DNA of 58,843 nt, counting the filler, from Porpidia crustulata (Eukaryota), in NCBI GenBank assembly GCA_964255105.1. It is 10 parts of 10 records of this genome, joined end to end, with 100 filler letters (N's around TTAATTAATTAA, not from the genome) between each part and the next. Parts side by side here need not be neighbours in the genome. Positions count along the whole stretch, not along the records: positions 1 to 5,820 come from CAXUWE010001694.1; positions 5,921 to 11,735 come from CAXUWE010001695.1; positions 11,836 to 17,643 come from CAXUWE010001696.1; 7 more parts are not named here. One strand, 5' to 3'. Of this stretch, positions 1-12,571 are shown one piece after another. The number at the start of each line of letters is the position of its first letter. Within the stretch, counting starts at the first letter, position 1. The notes under the pieces are model-generated. The model did not search any database, was not told the origin of the DNA, and saw nothing but the letters and a program-made list of their open reading frames with translations. A program made the translations under genes and the position numbers.

Positions 1-220
1 GCTTTGCCTCGAAGCTATCCGCTGCAGGTTTCGAAGCTTTCTTTTCCTTAGGTTTCTTGGAAGTTTTCTTCTTTGCTAAGCCTTTGAACATATCTGTGAC
101 TTCCTCCACTCCATCTGTCTTCGGCTCATTTGGAAATGTCGTATCGCCATTGGAAGGATCCATCTCCGTGGTAGACTCGCTGAACTTGACCGACTTTTTT
201 TCTTTCTCTACTTCAGTCAT
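1..220 (-). CDS. Probable translation initiation factor eIF2 beta, N-terminal part (runs off contig start)
   Basis: Minus-strand ATG at 220 opens MTEVEKEKKSVKFSE...VEEVTDMFKGLAKKKTSKKPK with no stop to position 1. The KSVxFSE start plus a lysine box resembles filamentous-fungal eIF2-beta. Divergent from TAF8. Confidence 0.5.
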   Translation of the reverse strand, partial: MTEVEKEKKSVKFSESTTEMDPSNGDTTFPNEPKTDGVEEVTDMFKGLAKKKTSKKPKEKKASKPAADSFEAK

Positions 221-488
221 TCTCAAAATGTTTCTACAGAAGAAGTTTTGATCGTGTCACAAGCTTGTAAGTAGAAGAGCGAAATCTATTGTGGACGGTT
301 TAGTAGTAAACGTAGACGGCGAATGTGTGTCAGTCGGAGTAAACGTCAAACGGACCGCTAGCGCATACGACTCTGATTGGGCAAAGTCCGATCCACGAAT
401 TACTTTCCATACTATCATTTGATGTGTTCCAAGCATATATCACTATTATAATTAGTTTACTCCTATTACAGGTGTTCTCGATGTGAAG

Positions 489-1478
489 ATGACTGCAGAA
501 TTGGACGTGCCTCCAGCCAAAAAACGCTGTCCGGGTATTGCGCATCATCACAAGTCTAGGTGGAACTCAGAAAGAAGTGGGCAGCTGTCCATGACTTGCG
601 CAGATGAAATAATTATTCAGTCATTACTCACGCGCTCAGTCAGCCTGGCGCTGGAGGTAGTCGGCTTCGAGTTTGCGGACCCAGTCGCCATTGAGAGCTT
701 TCGCGCTGACGTACAAGAATGTAAGTCTAGAATACACAAAATCTCTAGGACGCGGCGCATCCTGCTAACCCTGCTAGATATGGCACATTTTCTTGCAGAC
801 GTCCGTCAATCAATGCTTTCATCGCGGCGCACTAGACCCGTTCCACAAGACTTTTTACAAGCCCTTCATACACATCAGCTTTCGTTGAGGTCCTTAATAC
901 CACATCTCGACCCTCCAGTCCCACCTTCGCGCTCACAATTCACCCTCGGTATTGAGGCAGCAGACGATAAGACGGGGCAAACTCTCCCATTCCTAGAACC
1001 TACGCTCAATGGTGTGTCAGACGAACAATTAAAACTTTACGTCCCACAACACTTTCCAGCATTTCCAAGCAAGCATACCTATCAGGCAACTCCAGAATTT
1101 CCAGATCGGGAGGATGATCCAAGGAGAATTCGCGAACGCGCCACAGGGGAGGCCCGGATGGGAGAAGAAGCTTTGAGAAGACTTGTAGGCACTACATCGG
1201 ACGATGTCCCTGTACCCAAATCGGAGACAGGGCTCAGATCCCGAGGCATGCGCCAAGAGCGAGAAAACCTTTGGAGGGAGACGATGCAGATCCTCAATAC
1301 GCAAGATGACCGTGCTGTGAAAGACGGAGAGAAGGATAGGCAAAATGGTGGGCATATGGGGCAGCTATCAAAGGAAGCCAGTCGCATCAGCTCGGTGGTC
1401 AATGCGGACAAGAGATTTTGGAGGAAAGCAGGTACGGTACGAGGCTCGCAACGGAACAAAACCTCTGAAGCGCTTTGA
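489..1478 (+). CDS. TAF8: TFIID subunit TAF8 (histone fold plus TAF8_C)
   Basis: Motifs SSRRTRPVPQDF and YVPQHFPAFPSKHTYQATP...GEEALRRL. One 57-nt in-frame GT-AG intron at 721-777 (GTAAGT...GCTAAC...TAG). Confidence 0.85.
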   Translation: MTAELDVPPAKKRCPGIAHHHKSRWNSERSGQLSMTCADEIIIQSLLTRSVSLALEVVGFEFADPVAIESFRADVQECKSRIHKISRTRRILLTLLDMAHFLADVRQSMLSSRRTRPVPQDFLQALHTHQLSLRSLIPHLDPPVPPSRSQFTLGIEAADDKTGQTLPFLEPTLNGVSDEQLKLYVPQHFPAFPSKHTYQATPEFPDREDDPRRIRERATGEARMGEEALRRLVGTTSDDVPVPKSETGLRSRGMRQERENLWRETMQILNTQDDRAVKDGEKDRQNGGHMGQLSKEASRISSVVNADKRFWRKAGTVRGSQRNKTSEAL

Positions 1479-2139
1479 AGGTGGACGGGGTTTGGTATCT
1501 GGGGTTTCCGATAACGGGTTGTCACATTTGGAGCAGCATTGCCTGGAGTTTAGCGTCTGCAATATGATACCCCGGGAGTGATGTGCAAAACATTCAGCAT
1601 TTCATGCATTCCTTTCGTACTTTATATATCCTCAATATCTTATGATCAGTCTATAAACCCGGATTGGGGCATTGATCTAGCTATCTGATCAGCTTTGAGT
1701 CTGTATGGCGTCACCTCCTTCCGTCCTTTTCTAAGGCTGTAGTCTCTGCCAGAAAAGTATTGTTACACCTATGAAAGTTCAGGACGTGCCTAACAGGCCG
1801 CGGGACGCCAACTTACTTGCGGAAATGTCTTACCACCGGCTCGCATTTGACAATCGCCGTACGAGGTCGTTCCGGATCTTCTTCAAGGTGACACGAATAC
1901 TGCACCATCTCCAGCATTTCACAGTTGCCAAGTATAATTTGTGCACCCTTTCTTCGCCGGCCTTGGGACGTAAGCTGGATTCGTTGAGCTAGCTCCGATG
2001 CTGGGAACGTTTCAACTGGTGGGGACATCCTTAATACCAGCACTTTTGTGATGACTGCGATCAGAAGAAACTATCTGGAGTTTCGGGGTAAGACAATGGA
2101 AGGTCGGCTGAAGGGCTTTTCAAGCCAACATTGGGCAGG

Positions 2140-3326
2140 ATGAGTGCGCGGGCATTGGGAACACAGCTTTTGGGGGAAGTAAAGGTAGAAAGCTTAGACA
2201 ACGTGCGACAAACCTCCGCCACTGGACAAGGGCCAAAATTGTTTTTGAGTATGATCAACTAATGACTTATTTCACGTAGCTTCTAAAAACATTGCGCAAC
2301 TCAGAAGTATCAAGAAGAGCGAAAACCGGGTCATTAACTCTTGACTGGCTCTTCGAGATCTTGCAGATACAAACTCTAAGGCGGGCTCACAACCCTGTTC
2401 AAGGATCCATCCCGGTTTTTCAAGATTCAGTGAAGCTCCCAGTCATTGAATTTACAGGCGCTGGACCATGTTCGGGAAAGACTCGGTTGCTTTACCATAT
2501 CATCACTCTGACCCTCCTACCAATCGCTCACAATGGGAATCTCGTAGGAGGGAAAGACGAAGCGGTGGTACTGTTCGACCTAGATAATAGGTTTTGTCTA
2601 CTCGGGGTTCGAGAAAGTCTTCTTTCATATCTACGTTCTCTCCAGATCCCACTTCACGAAGAAGACTACAATATCCTACTTCGCAGCTCCCTACAACACC
2701 TTCATATATTTCGCCCGCAATCTACTCAAGCTTTTCTCGCAACTGTCGGCTTCCTCACTACCTATTTTACTGATACACAGAATCATATATCTGCCAACCG
2801 AGCCGTCGGTGTTCTGGCGCTGAACGGCCTGAGCGCATTTCTATGGCAGGACCGATTAGACGGAGATGAAGCAGGCCTCGTCAACATCAGTAATGGAAGA
2901 GAGAACAATGATACGTTTGCGCAAAAGTATCGAGACCTTGTGGTTGCGCTTGGACATGTGCAGCAAGCCTTTGAAACCACAGTTATAGCGACAAACTGGG
3001 GTTTGGCACCCATAAGCCACTCAGCCGGCCATCCCGTGCTCCGACCGCACCTACCAACAGTGTGGACCAACTTCTGTTCTTTGAGAGTCGTGATAGAGCG
3101 TGATACTGTGTCTAAATTTGGACCAGCCATGAGCGCGGAGGAGGCCATGATGGAGGGGCATCAAAGGCAGGAAGCTGTAGACAACAGTGGATTTTCGTGC
3201 TGGATCAACTGGTGGGGCAGTGACAATTGGAGAGAGGAGTTCAAGGAGGAGGTAAGTAGGATGGAGAGAAGTAGGGCATTATTCCGTTTTCGAATAGAAG
3301 CTGGAAGAATGGTGATTAAATGTTGA
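2140..3326 (+). CDS. Rad51-paralogue / XRCC2-like P-loop DNA repair protein
   Basis: Exon 1 at 2140-2202 (MSARALGTQLLGEVKVESLDN), intron 2203-2279, then the long ORF with IEFTGAGPCSGKT (Walker A), VVLFDLDNRF and HLHIFRPQS, typical of RecA/Rad51-like folds. Confidence 0.75.
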
Positions 3327-4059
3327 CCGCCAAATATTCCGTGGTCGAACAATCTTTCATTTCATAACCACAAAATGCAAGAAAGGACGTTACATGGCAG
3401 TGGAGAAAAGCAACGCTCCCACTACTGAGCAAAAAATAGAATCCCAGACTTCAACCCGCTGTCGGTTTGCTGTCTCACGCTCCTAGAGGGTCCTAACCTT
3501 CCGCTATCGAGCGCAACAATTCACCTCCACGGGCTGAGCGGATCTCAACTATGCCGGGTTTGAGAAGGAGCTCTAAGTCGTCAAGTGCCCTGTCCTTTAG
3601 GATAGAGGAAGTCTCACTCATGTGGGTGCCATGCAACCTATCTATAGATACCGACCCAATTGTGGAGGGTTTCTTTGTTCTGTGGGCTGGTCCTTAACAG
3701 TGAGTCCCAATTTTCGGTATGGTTGGATTTATTACTGACTCAGTTCTATCAGGCATCCCTCTCCAAATTTGATTCGGCGATTCCTCTCTACTTCTCAATT
3801 AATCCTACGGCGATGATTTGTGATGTAGAGTAATCCTCAAAGCGGTTATGTCGGGATTATGCTTTAGCGCATGATATCATCATTAGTACCCAACCACAAA
3901 CTGGTGAACTAGGTACATCGACTTAGAGACTGAAACCTTTATATATCATGAAACGTGATGGAGAGGAACATAATCATTCTCTAGGTATATATTCCAGCCC
4001 TTAGATGCATTTCAGAAACAGACCAATCTCTCTCACAACTTAGACCCTACACTTCTGAG

Positions 4060-5004
4060 ATGCCTTTCCAATACAAAAAAGTCTTGGTCATCGGAGCTAC
4101 CAGTGGGGTTGGTGAAGCTTTGGCAGAAAGAATGATCAAAGAGGGTGCCTATGTGATAGCCGTTGGTCGGAGAAAGGAAAAGCTCGAAGAGTTCGTTCAT
4201 CGCAATGGCAAGGACAAAGCCAGCGCAGTGCCTTTTGATATCACGGAGATGGAAAAGATTCCGAATTTCGTCATAAAGTAAGTTAATTGACGTCTGCCTC
4301 AATGAATGGCGGTGCTCAAGTTGAATTTGGTCAGCATCACCAAGACCCACACCGACTTGGATTGTATATTCTTGAATTCTGGCATTCAGAGAGGGGTGTT
4401 CTTCGACAAGCCCGAGAGTATCGACCTTTCGTCCGTTCAAGCTGAGTTCACGACAAACTATCTCAGTCAAGTGGCTATTACCAAAGCCTTCTTGCCATTT
4501 CTTCAGAATAAGAAAGACGAGACAGCTCTGATATAGTATGATGCAAATACTGTGTGAAGATTAACATGACTAATATGAGCCTAGCACAACATCCGGCTTA
4601 GCACTGGTCCCAATTGTGAGGTGTCCAAATTACTGCGCGAGCAAGGCTGCTATGCATCATGTCATATTGGTAATGCGTGAGCAGTTGAAAGGCTCCAATA
4701 TCAAGATCATTGAGATTTTTCCCCCAGCCGTGCAAAGTATGTTGATCATGAACCAGACGAAAATTTTCACATTAACGAGATTTTAGCGGAACTACACGAT
4801 GAAAAGTATCAACCAGACATCAAGAACGGTAGGCAGATTGGAATGCCTCTCAACGAATTCACCGAAGAAGCCTACCAGGGGCTAGCAGTGGGCAGAGAGC
4901 AGATTGCAATTGGAGGTGCGAAGGATTGGTTCGACTCTTTCGAACCTCAAAGACAAAAGACTTTCCACGAGATGGTCCAAGCTATGAGTAATTATGGCAA
5001 GTAG
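4060..5004 (+). CDS. Short-chain dehydrogenase/reductase (DltE-like)
   Basis: VLVIGATSGVGEAL Rossmann motif, LNSGIQR and catalytic YCASK. Three canonical GT-AG introns. TAG at 5002-5004. Confidence 0.88.
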
Positions 5005-5820
5005 AATTGGGCCGTCATGCCTCGAGATCCAGGCAGAATGACTGGCATCGGTCAGTGTGTGTTGTGACACGTATGATCATGAGCCAACTCAATATTTGGT
5101 CGTATATATCATTGCAAGGAATATTAGACTGATTTCAATGCCTCATCAAGAGTCAGCGCTAGTCATCAATGCCAAACTCGTATTGGTACGCCCTTGCATT
5201 TCAAGCAAGTAAAGACTTTTGAATAGTCATCTACGTGAACACATACACACGGTGTGCACTACTATTGCTCCGAGCGCAATGCGTCGAGTTCTTACACGTT
5301 CTTGTACCGTTGCTTCGCATACACGTGTAATATGTCGAAGAAACCCCATTATTGCGCAATTGCTTTCCGGCGACGAAACGTTCATGCACCTCTATTCTGA
5401 GCGTGAAACGCCGATTCGAGCATGTCTGCCATCACGATGTATCAATGTAGAAAATCAACATCTTGCGCTCAATATCATCGCAGTATGTATTCAGCAGTGC
5501 TAGACGTAACGATTTATCTATTCAGATGAGTGAAAGATATCGCTTTGTCCACAAATTGATGTCTGAAAGTCTGAATATTTTCCAATTTCACCTTCAGCTA
5601 CTTATAGCTGAAATCTCGTAGCATTGTGACTAGCGCTGGCTTTGAGTAAGGGCAGGGAAGAGATTTGGTGAAACATTAAGTGCAGTCTGTTTGTTGTAAG
5701 ATGCGAGTTTAAATTGTTGAGATTGCTAGATAATTGGTTGGATTTGGAGTAACACGAAATACCCGTGGAAATTGAGATGTGATGTGCCCGACATGAGAGA
5801 GTAGAGTGTCTACCTTAGAT

Positions 5821-5920
5821 NNNNNNNNNNNNNNNNNNNNNNNNNNNNNNNNNNNNNNNNNNNNTTAATTAATTAANNNNNNNNNNNNNNNNNNNNNNNN
5901 NNNNNNNNNNNNNNNNNNNN
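5821..5920. other. Artificial contig linker
   Basis: N44-TTAATTAATTAA-N44; the 12-mer has stops in all six frames. Confidence 0.98.
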
Positions 5921-8900
5921 TTACCTTTCCTTCGCCGTAGACGTAGCTGAGGAGGAAGACGCAGAGGATGACGGTGACCTGGTATGATTAGTGAGGGTAT
6001 GCGTTTTGTAAAGAGTGGTACATACCATGTCCCATTGAGGGAAGATGAGGCTGTAAATTGTCAGCATATGTCTCCGGGCAGTGGTTGTCAATAAGTCACT
6101 TACACAAAAGTGTGATCAATGATATCCTGTGGATCAGTGTATCCGCCATAAAACGCACTGAACAGGACAAGTGCCGGGATCTGAAGCAGACAGACTTGCA
6201 GCGCGTAAGCTGATCCAATCTCCATTGAAAGCGCAATATTGCCGTTCATGGCAAATGAGATGGCGTTCTGCATATCTACTATTAGCTAGGAAGTGAAAAA
6301 TTGACTACACGGGCTTACCAAAAACTCTGTGGTATTGGGCACTAGAGCAAATAGGGTGATGCCCAGAAACTTCTCATCGATGTCTACACTTTCCAAGACC
6401 ACGTCCACGGTATTCACCAAGATCTCAGCAATCACGGCATAGAGTAGCGTGGCACCGAGTAGGATGACAGAACTCTTTAGCCTACTCCAATTGGGAGCAT
6501 CATGGCCTCCACTTTCGCCTTGTATGACCGTCCCAGCCATGGTGCCCTCGTCATTTGCTTCATGTAATGTTGCACTGCCAGGAACAGTAGTATGACGACT
6601 GTGATGAGCAGCGGTTCGAGCATTTATTGAGGTCTTACGAGGTGCTGCTGTTGCATCTCTCGCCGCCACGGCTGCGGCAGTAGCAGCCATCTCAGCGACT
6701 TGGCGGACCAGATTAACATTATCTTCCTCTGAGAGACCGGCGACGTGGATACTTCTTTGACTAGCGTTGTCGGCAACAGCAGTGCTTTCGCCTCCCCTAC
6801 TTTTTGGTGGGACAAGATGAGGTAGTTGTGGTGATTGCTCTCGCTGGGCATTCTGAGACATCGATGGCGGTCGTGAACCTTCTGAGTTGCGAGGGTTTAG
6901 TCCTACTTGGTTCAAGGATTGATCCAGGATGCGTTTATAGAGATGGGTGTCCCTGATTTCGTTGCGACTAATGGATCCCTTGATACTGCCATTACTCTTT
7001 TGCTTCGGAGCTGCGCTTTGGAAAGCTTGAGCTGTCTGGTGATTCATGCTGCTACTTTGCCCTGGAGGCAATTGAGCCTTCTTTTCGTCTAACTCAGTAT
7101 TCCATATGACTGCTGCATGCGTTCTCAAGGTGAACCATAATCCAATAACGTAGGATAGGAATAGCAGAACCGCAGCAAACCAGCAATATGGTCGGACTGC
7201 TTCCAGGAAAAAGCGGTCATTGACTGCAGGAACTTGAGAGAAGTAGCATCGTCGACAGTCACCGTCTGTAGGATCCGTGATGATGCAAGAATGGCAATTA
7301 AGTTCGTGCTGAAAGTAATGTCAGTGTCTGAAGGATGTTACCTCCCCAGGGAGACTTACACTTCCATAGATCTGATAGAACAATGTAGGTCCAAATGCAG
7401 CTATGACAGCAAACAAAAGCATGGTAGAAGTCACACCAGCGGATTTGACATTGAATCGTTGAGTTTTGCGTTTGATGGCTCCGAAACACATGGAGAGACC
7501 TGGCAAGAACAAGATACCGGCAAAGATGCTCCCAATAATGCTGCCTTCAACCAATTGACCTTTTCCTTGATTTAATGCTACACAATACAGGAAAACTTCG
7601 ACGACGGTGGAGAAGAATGCATTGATTGCCGCGCCGAGTCCCATGGATGACTGAGCAGATATTGAAGCCACTGCTTGACCAATGAAATAGGCCAACGGAA
7701 TGATAGAGAAAAGCGCCAATGCAAATACAAGGCCAGGGTGGACAAGCCAGATTTCCAGACCAAGGGCTACGCCTAGTACCCAATAGTCGAAGATCACAAA
7801 CAGAACTACGACGATCAGATTGATGAGAAAGATGTTAGTCCCATCAATGGTATACTTCCAATACTTGGATCCAACAGCACGGTATGTGCAGAGCAGAACC
7901 GAGGAAGAAGGTGATGAAGATCCTCCACGCGAGTAGGCGCTATCGGAATGGAATGATAAAGCCAAGGGATGCCGGCGCAAATGGTAGAAAAGTAATAGAT
8001 TTACCTTTCCCATCGGAATCCAAAATACCAGGAACCAACATATTCCGGAGGCTGCGAGTAATAGCGGAGCGATCAAGAAGTAGAAAAATATGAAGTAAAT
8101 GACGCGGCCAAAGTTCCATTGTCCGCGGCCAAAGAACCTCCTTCTCTTGCGTGGACCATCTGGGTTGCGTTCTCCACCTCTTCTTGTTCGTCCGAGAAGG
8201 CTGTCATTCTCGTCCGCATCATCTACACTGTCTCTGCGCCGGCCAATGATAGATCGAGATGTCAGAGGACCGAAGAAAAGACGGCCATCTTCTATGTCCC
8301 CATTCTGCCACTGCTCATATTCGCTAATGCTGCGACCTTCGCCTTCGTCTTCTTCCGCATATGCTTCGTCCTTCTCGAGTTTCACAAATTGACCGAAAGG
8401 GTAGAGGATGTACCAAGCAAGACCCAACAATAATCTGCCATAGTCTGAAGCGCCTGGCGCAAAGCCTAGGAGAAAACATGCGACGCCTCCTAAGGCGGCA
8501 GCAGTGGCAAGCCACCAGCCAAAGAGAAAGGTCCATAAGATATTAAATATCCACAAAAACTTACTCACTCTACCTCCAGGCGAGGAATGTATGTCGCCTT
8601 CTGCAGTCTTCTCTACAGATCTTTGCTTCTTGTAAAGCGCAGGCTTCCAAATTCTTATACCGAACGGGTGGGTCTCATTGATAGCTTGCTGTCGGTCTCT
8701 TAGAGTGAAGCTTTCGGCATCGCTCAAGTCGGCGTCATCATCTTCGCCATCCGCATCAGCCTGCACAGTGTCATCACCAGATGTCTCGGGAGCACTTTGA
8801 GAATCCGGAGAAGGTTGAGCCGCTACTTGTTCTTGCTCTGCCTCATGTTCGTCTTCGCCTCGTGAATCCACCCGTGGAAGAGTAGCGGGTGCAGCTGTAG

Positions 8901-9494
8901 GCCTTCTCCTTAGAGTTGACGCTTGCCTCCTTAAGGCGGGCACTGAGCCTGATGCTGACTTGGCTACCGACGTCCGCCTTTGAGCCACATCCGACTCATA
9001 CTCAACAGGATCATCATCAACCGAAAACTCTTGCCCTTTGTGAGGAGCCTGGTATTTCGAAGACGCCCTGCGTGACAGGCCCGGCTTTTTCGTTCTTGGA
9101 CCTGGGTTTATAGGCTCCATGGTAGGACCCTGCTGCTGTGAAGATGAGCCTGAGCTCCGTAGCAGTTGACCGCCGTCACGCTGAGTAGGGGTCCGCTCGT
9201 TGAAGGAGGTTTCCTCTGGGGTATTGATTGAGTCTACTGGGCAAGTATTAGCAACATTCCTCGGTACCATTCAGCGCTATCACCTGTGAATCCGCCAGTA
9301 GTACCACCACTCGTAGCGATGGCTGAGGGACGATTCCGCCGCACCGTCCCGGAATTCCCCGTGGTGCTCTCATCCTGCGAATTCTCCCTCTGCGCAGTTG
9401 ATTGAAGGAGTGATTGACTTCGAGTGTCTGTTGGTGACTGATCTGATGAGTGGTCTCTAAAGAAAGAACCTTCTGGGCCCGTTTGCGAAGACAT
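5921..9494 (-). CDS. VNX1: Vacuolar cation/H+ antiporter, CAX family with YccF-like domain (VNX1-like), 3' truncated
   Basis: QQAINETHPFGIRIWKP, YTIDGTNIFLINL, GSIIGSIFAGILFLPG and FALVPNTTEFL|NAISFAMNGN. Five GT-AG introns traced, the first at 9237-9283. Confidence 0.9.
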
Positions 9495-10019
9495 TTTGAA
9501 GCCCTTCGGCGTTGCTCGTTGTGAAATATGACTGGATTGTTCTCATGCAGGTTTGTGACAATTATAGCCTCAAATCTGGGGATCCCGTAGTTCCAAGTGA
9601 CGCGGTCCAGGATAATCCGCGAATGGCGTTTTGAACAGGAGGCTCAATCATATTCAATATTGCTTGACTGATGGCGTTTCTGAGAGCGACTTGAGTCCTA
9701 AGCACCTAGCAGAAGCAGTCTATGAGGCCGATATCTGATCAGATGCCCTTACTATCTTATGTGCACATGTTTACTTTGCCAACCGTCACGCTAAGCCTCA
9801 CCGCTAGCTTGATACAGAGCCGCTGACCGGCGGTTCATCTAATAAAGCTCCGATAATCTGGTCATGATAAAGTAGCTTCATCTTTACAGTGGTACGGAAT
9901 TTCCTACCTGTGTCAAATACCAATCTCATCCACGGGTCTCTCTGTCCATTCTCCATCTCCGACTGCTAGGCAACCTCAAGGCCACAATCCTAATCCTCCT
10001 CCTCTCTACCTCCGCCACC

Positions 10020-11256
10020 ATGGCTCTCGATAGCTTCTTCCACAACAAGATCGAGAGCATGAAGCTCGAGATTATCCAAGGTCAAGCTGTCTTGCGAAGA
10101 TTAGAAGCTCAACGGAACGACTACAATTCAAGAGTACGCTTACTACGGGAAGAGCTGGGTCTACTACAGCAACCAGGATCATATGTTGGAGAGGTAGTGA
10201 AAGTGATGGGGACGAAGAAAGTGCTAGTAAAAGTGCATCCAGAAGGCAAATATGGCATGCTTCCCTTTGCTGTCGACTATTCGCCAGATCTTAAAATCAT
10301 AGCTCATACCTTCAATCGCAGTTGTCGACGTATCGGACACAGTCGACATAACCAAGCTTACCGTCGGCAAACGCGTAACCCTCCTATCGGACTCCTACAA
10401 ACTCGAGAAACTCCTTCCCTCCTCCGTTGACCCACTAGTGTCCCTAATGATGGTCGAAAAAGTCCCCGATAGCACTTACGATACCATCGGTGGTCTGGAC
10501 CAACAAATCAAAGAGATAAAGGAAGTCGTCGAGCTAGGCCTCAAACACCCTGAACTCTTCGAATCCCTCGGTATTGCCCAACCCAAAGGCGTCCTTTTAT
10601 ATGGCCCGCCCGGGACAGGCAAGACCCTTCTCGCAAGAGCAGTCGCCCACCACACCGAAAGCAAATTCATCCGCGTCTCCGGCTCCGAGCTTGTGCAAAA
10701 ATACATCGGCGAAGGCTCCCGCATGGTCCGCGAGCTCTTCGTCATGGCCCGCGAACACGCCCCGAGCATCATCTTCATGGACGAAATCGACTCCATCGGC
10801 TCCTCCCGCGTTGAGGGCAGCAGCGGCGGCGACTCCGAAGTCCAGCGCACCATGCTCGAGCTCCTCAACCAGCTCGACGGCTTCGAACCCACCAAGAACA
10901 TCAAAGTCATCATGGCCACGAATCGGCTCGACATCCTCGACCCGGCCCTGCTCCGCCCCGGCCGCATCGACCGCAAGATCGAGTTCCCGCCGCCCACGGT
11001 CGAGGCCCGCGCCGACATCCTGCGCATCCACTCGCGCAGCATGAACCTGACGCGCGGCATCAACCTGGCCAAGATCGCCGAGAAGATGAACGGCTGCAGC
11101 GGCGCGGAGCTGAAGGGCGTCTGCACCGAAGCCGGCATGTACGCCTTGAGGGAGAGGCGGGTGCATGTGACGCAGGAGGATTTCGACCTGGCGACGGCCA
11201 AGGTGCTGAATAAGCATGATGATAAGGAGGTTAGTCTGGGGAAGTTGTGGAAGTAG
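10020..11256 (+). CDS. RPT6: 26S proteasome regulatory AAA-ATPase subunit Rpt6
   Basis: [38 protein letters not shown] and [18 protein letters not shown]. The two ORFs join through a GC-AG intron at 10255-10321. Confidence 0.97.
10255..10321 (+). other. GC-AG intron in RPT6
   Basis: TAT G|gcatgc...cgcag|TT GTC GAC restores [11 protein letters not shown]. Confidence 0.85.
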
Positions 11257-11735
11257 ACACGGGAGATGAGGGGGTTGTGGGGATGGAGGTGGAGGAAAGC
11301 AAGGGTGTTGGGAGCATGTTTGGATGTGCTGGTCTGGAAATGGCCAGTGGGAAGACGATATACTCCGAAGCTCGATGTAAGATCAACAACTCCAAGCATC
11401 GGTTTTCTACGCCGGGTAGAGACTATAATAGACGCCATCAGAAACTTCGCGCCCATTGCAACCATTGCAACATTTGGACCCTCCGTGCAAAGCAAGTACG
11501 GCACCGCTCGTCACCTCTCGTCACCTCACTCCAATACTTCCCATGTCCTATTTTGGAAGAGTCGATTATCGACAAGCGCTAGCATAACGTCATAAACTAT
11601 GTCTTCCTATTCGTTTATTTCGCCCCCCTCACCCTCAGCTCACGACGCTCCAGATCTCCACCCCTACCAAGTGACCCCATAATGAATTAAATAACCCAGC
11701 CCTCACTCAGCCAAGCGGCAGCTTCAAATTCACCC

Positions 11736-11835
11736 NNNNNNNNNNNNNNNNNNNNNNNNNNNNNNNNNNNNNNNNNNNNTTAATTAATTAANNNNNNNNN
11801 NNNNNNNNNNNNNNNNNNNNNNNNNNNNNNNNNNN
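11736..11835. other. Artificial contig linker
   Basis: N44-TTAATTAATTAA-N44. Confidence 0.98.
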
Positions 11836-12571
11836 GAAAGTGGTGAAGGCGTCTGTGCTGACTTCGAAGGCGCCTTCGTCGATCCAGGGGAAGAATCGCC
11901 AGAATACTCCGTCGCCGGATTGTTTTTCGTCTACGTCGATGTCGTCTATCCTGATTGCTTTTTCCTTGCCTTGGGATTGGTCGTGCAAGATGATGGTAGC
12001 GATTGATTCATGCTTGAGAGCTTCCCGCAAGACAATCCCGCATGGCATGGCACTCTCCCGGTGCTCGTAACCTCGGCATAGTTCGATTATGACTTCCGGC
12101 CGTTGGTTTATCACATAGGTCAAGGCTGGTGGTTCGGGCGCTGTGGCGTTTGGAGGTTTGAAGCGTAGGACGTAGGAGAAGATGGTTTGAGTGTCTTTCC
12201 GGGATTCGAAGGGAAGAAGATGGATGCTGCGGGCGAGGGAGAAGAGGAGATCTTCCTGGATGATGGAGGTGACTAGTTGGGAGACTTGCTCGGGGCTGCT
12301 TTCGGTTTCTATTGAAGTGGTATTCAGCGGGATTGAAGAGGGGCAATGTGGCTCAGGGTTCACCTTGTGTCCCTTGTAATATAAGCTTCATCTGCGCCAG
12401 CAGCTTTGCCAGTTCATCCTCTGTCTTTATAATGTTGTCAGAATTCCCCATAGAACATGACGATTACAGTCGCACCTTTGGTGGAAATGTGGGTTGCCAT
12501 AGCCGAGTAAGCAGCTCCCTTGTCGGCCTCGCGAGATCGGCTTTGGACTTGTTACGGAATAGGAAAGCCAT
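11836..12571 (-). CDS. hymA: Mo25/HymA (Hym1) RAM-network scaffold, 3' truncated
   Basis: MAFLFRNKSK...EDELAKLLAQMKLILQG, LPFESRKDTQTIFS and FEVSTDAFTTF. Two GT-AG introns. Confidence 0.92.

Noticed and set aside
5865..5876. TTAATTAATTAA recurring about every 5.9 kb, superficially like a repeat array
   Set aside because: Always centred in N runs; a synthetic six-frame-stop linker.
9775..9783. PACE/Rpn4-like site (GTTGGCAAA, minus strand) upstream of RPT6
   Set aside because: One mismatch to GGTGGCAAA; a 9-mer this degenerate is not sufficient evidence.
10476..11504. 342-aa antisense ORF over RPT6
   Set aside because: Shadow of GC3-rich codon usage; no recognisable motif.
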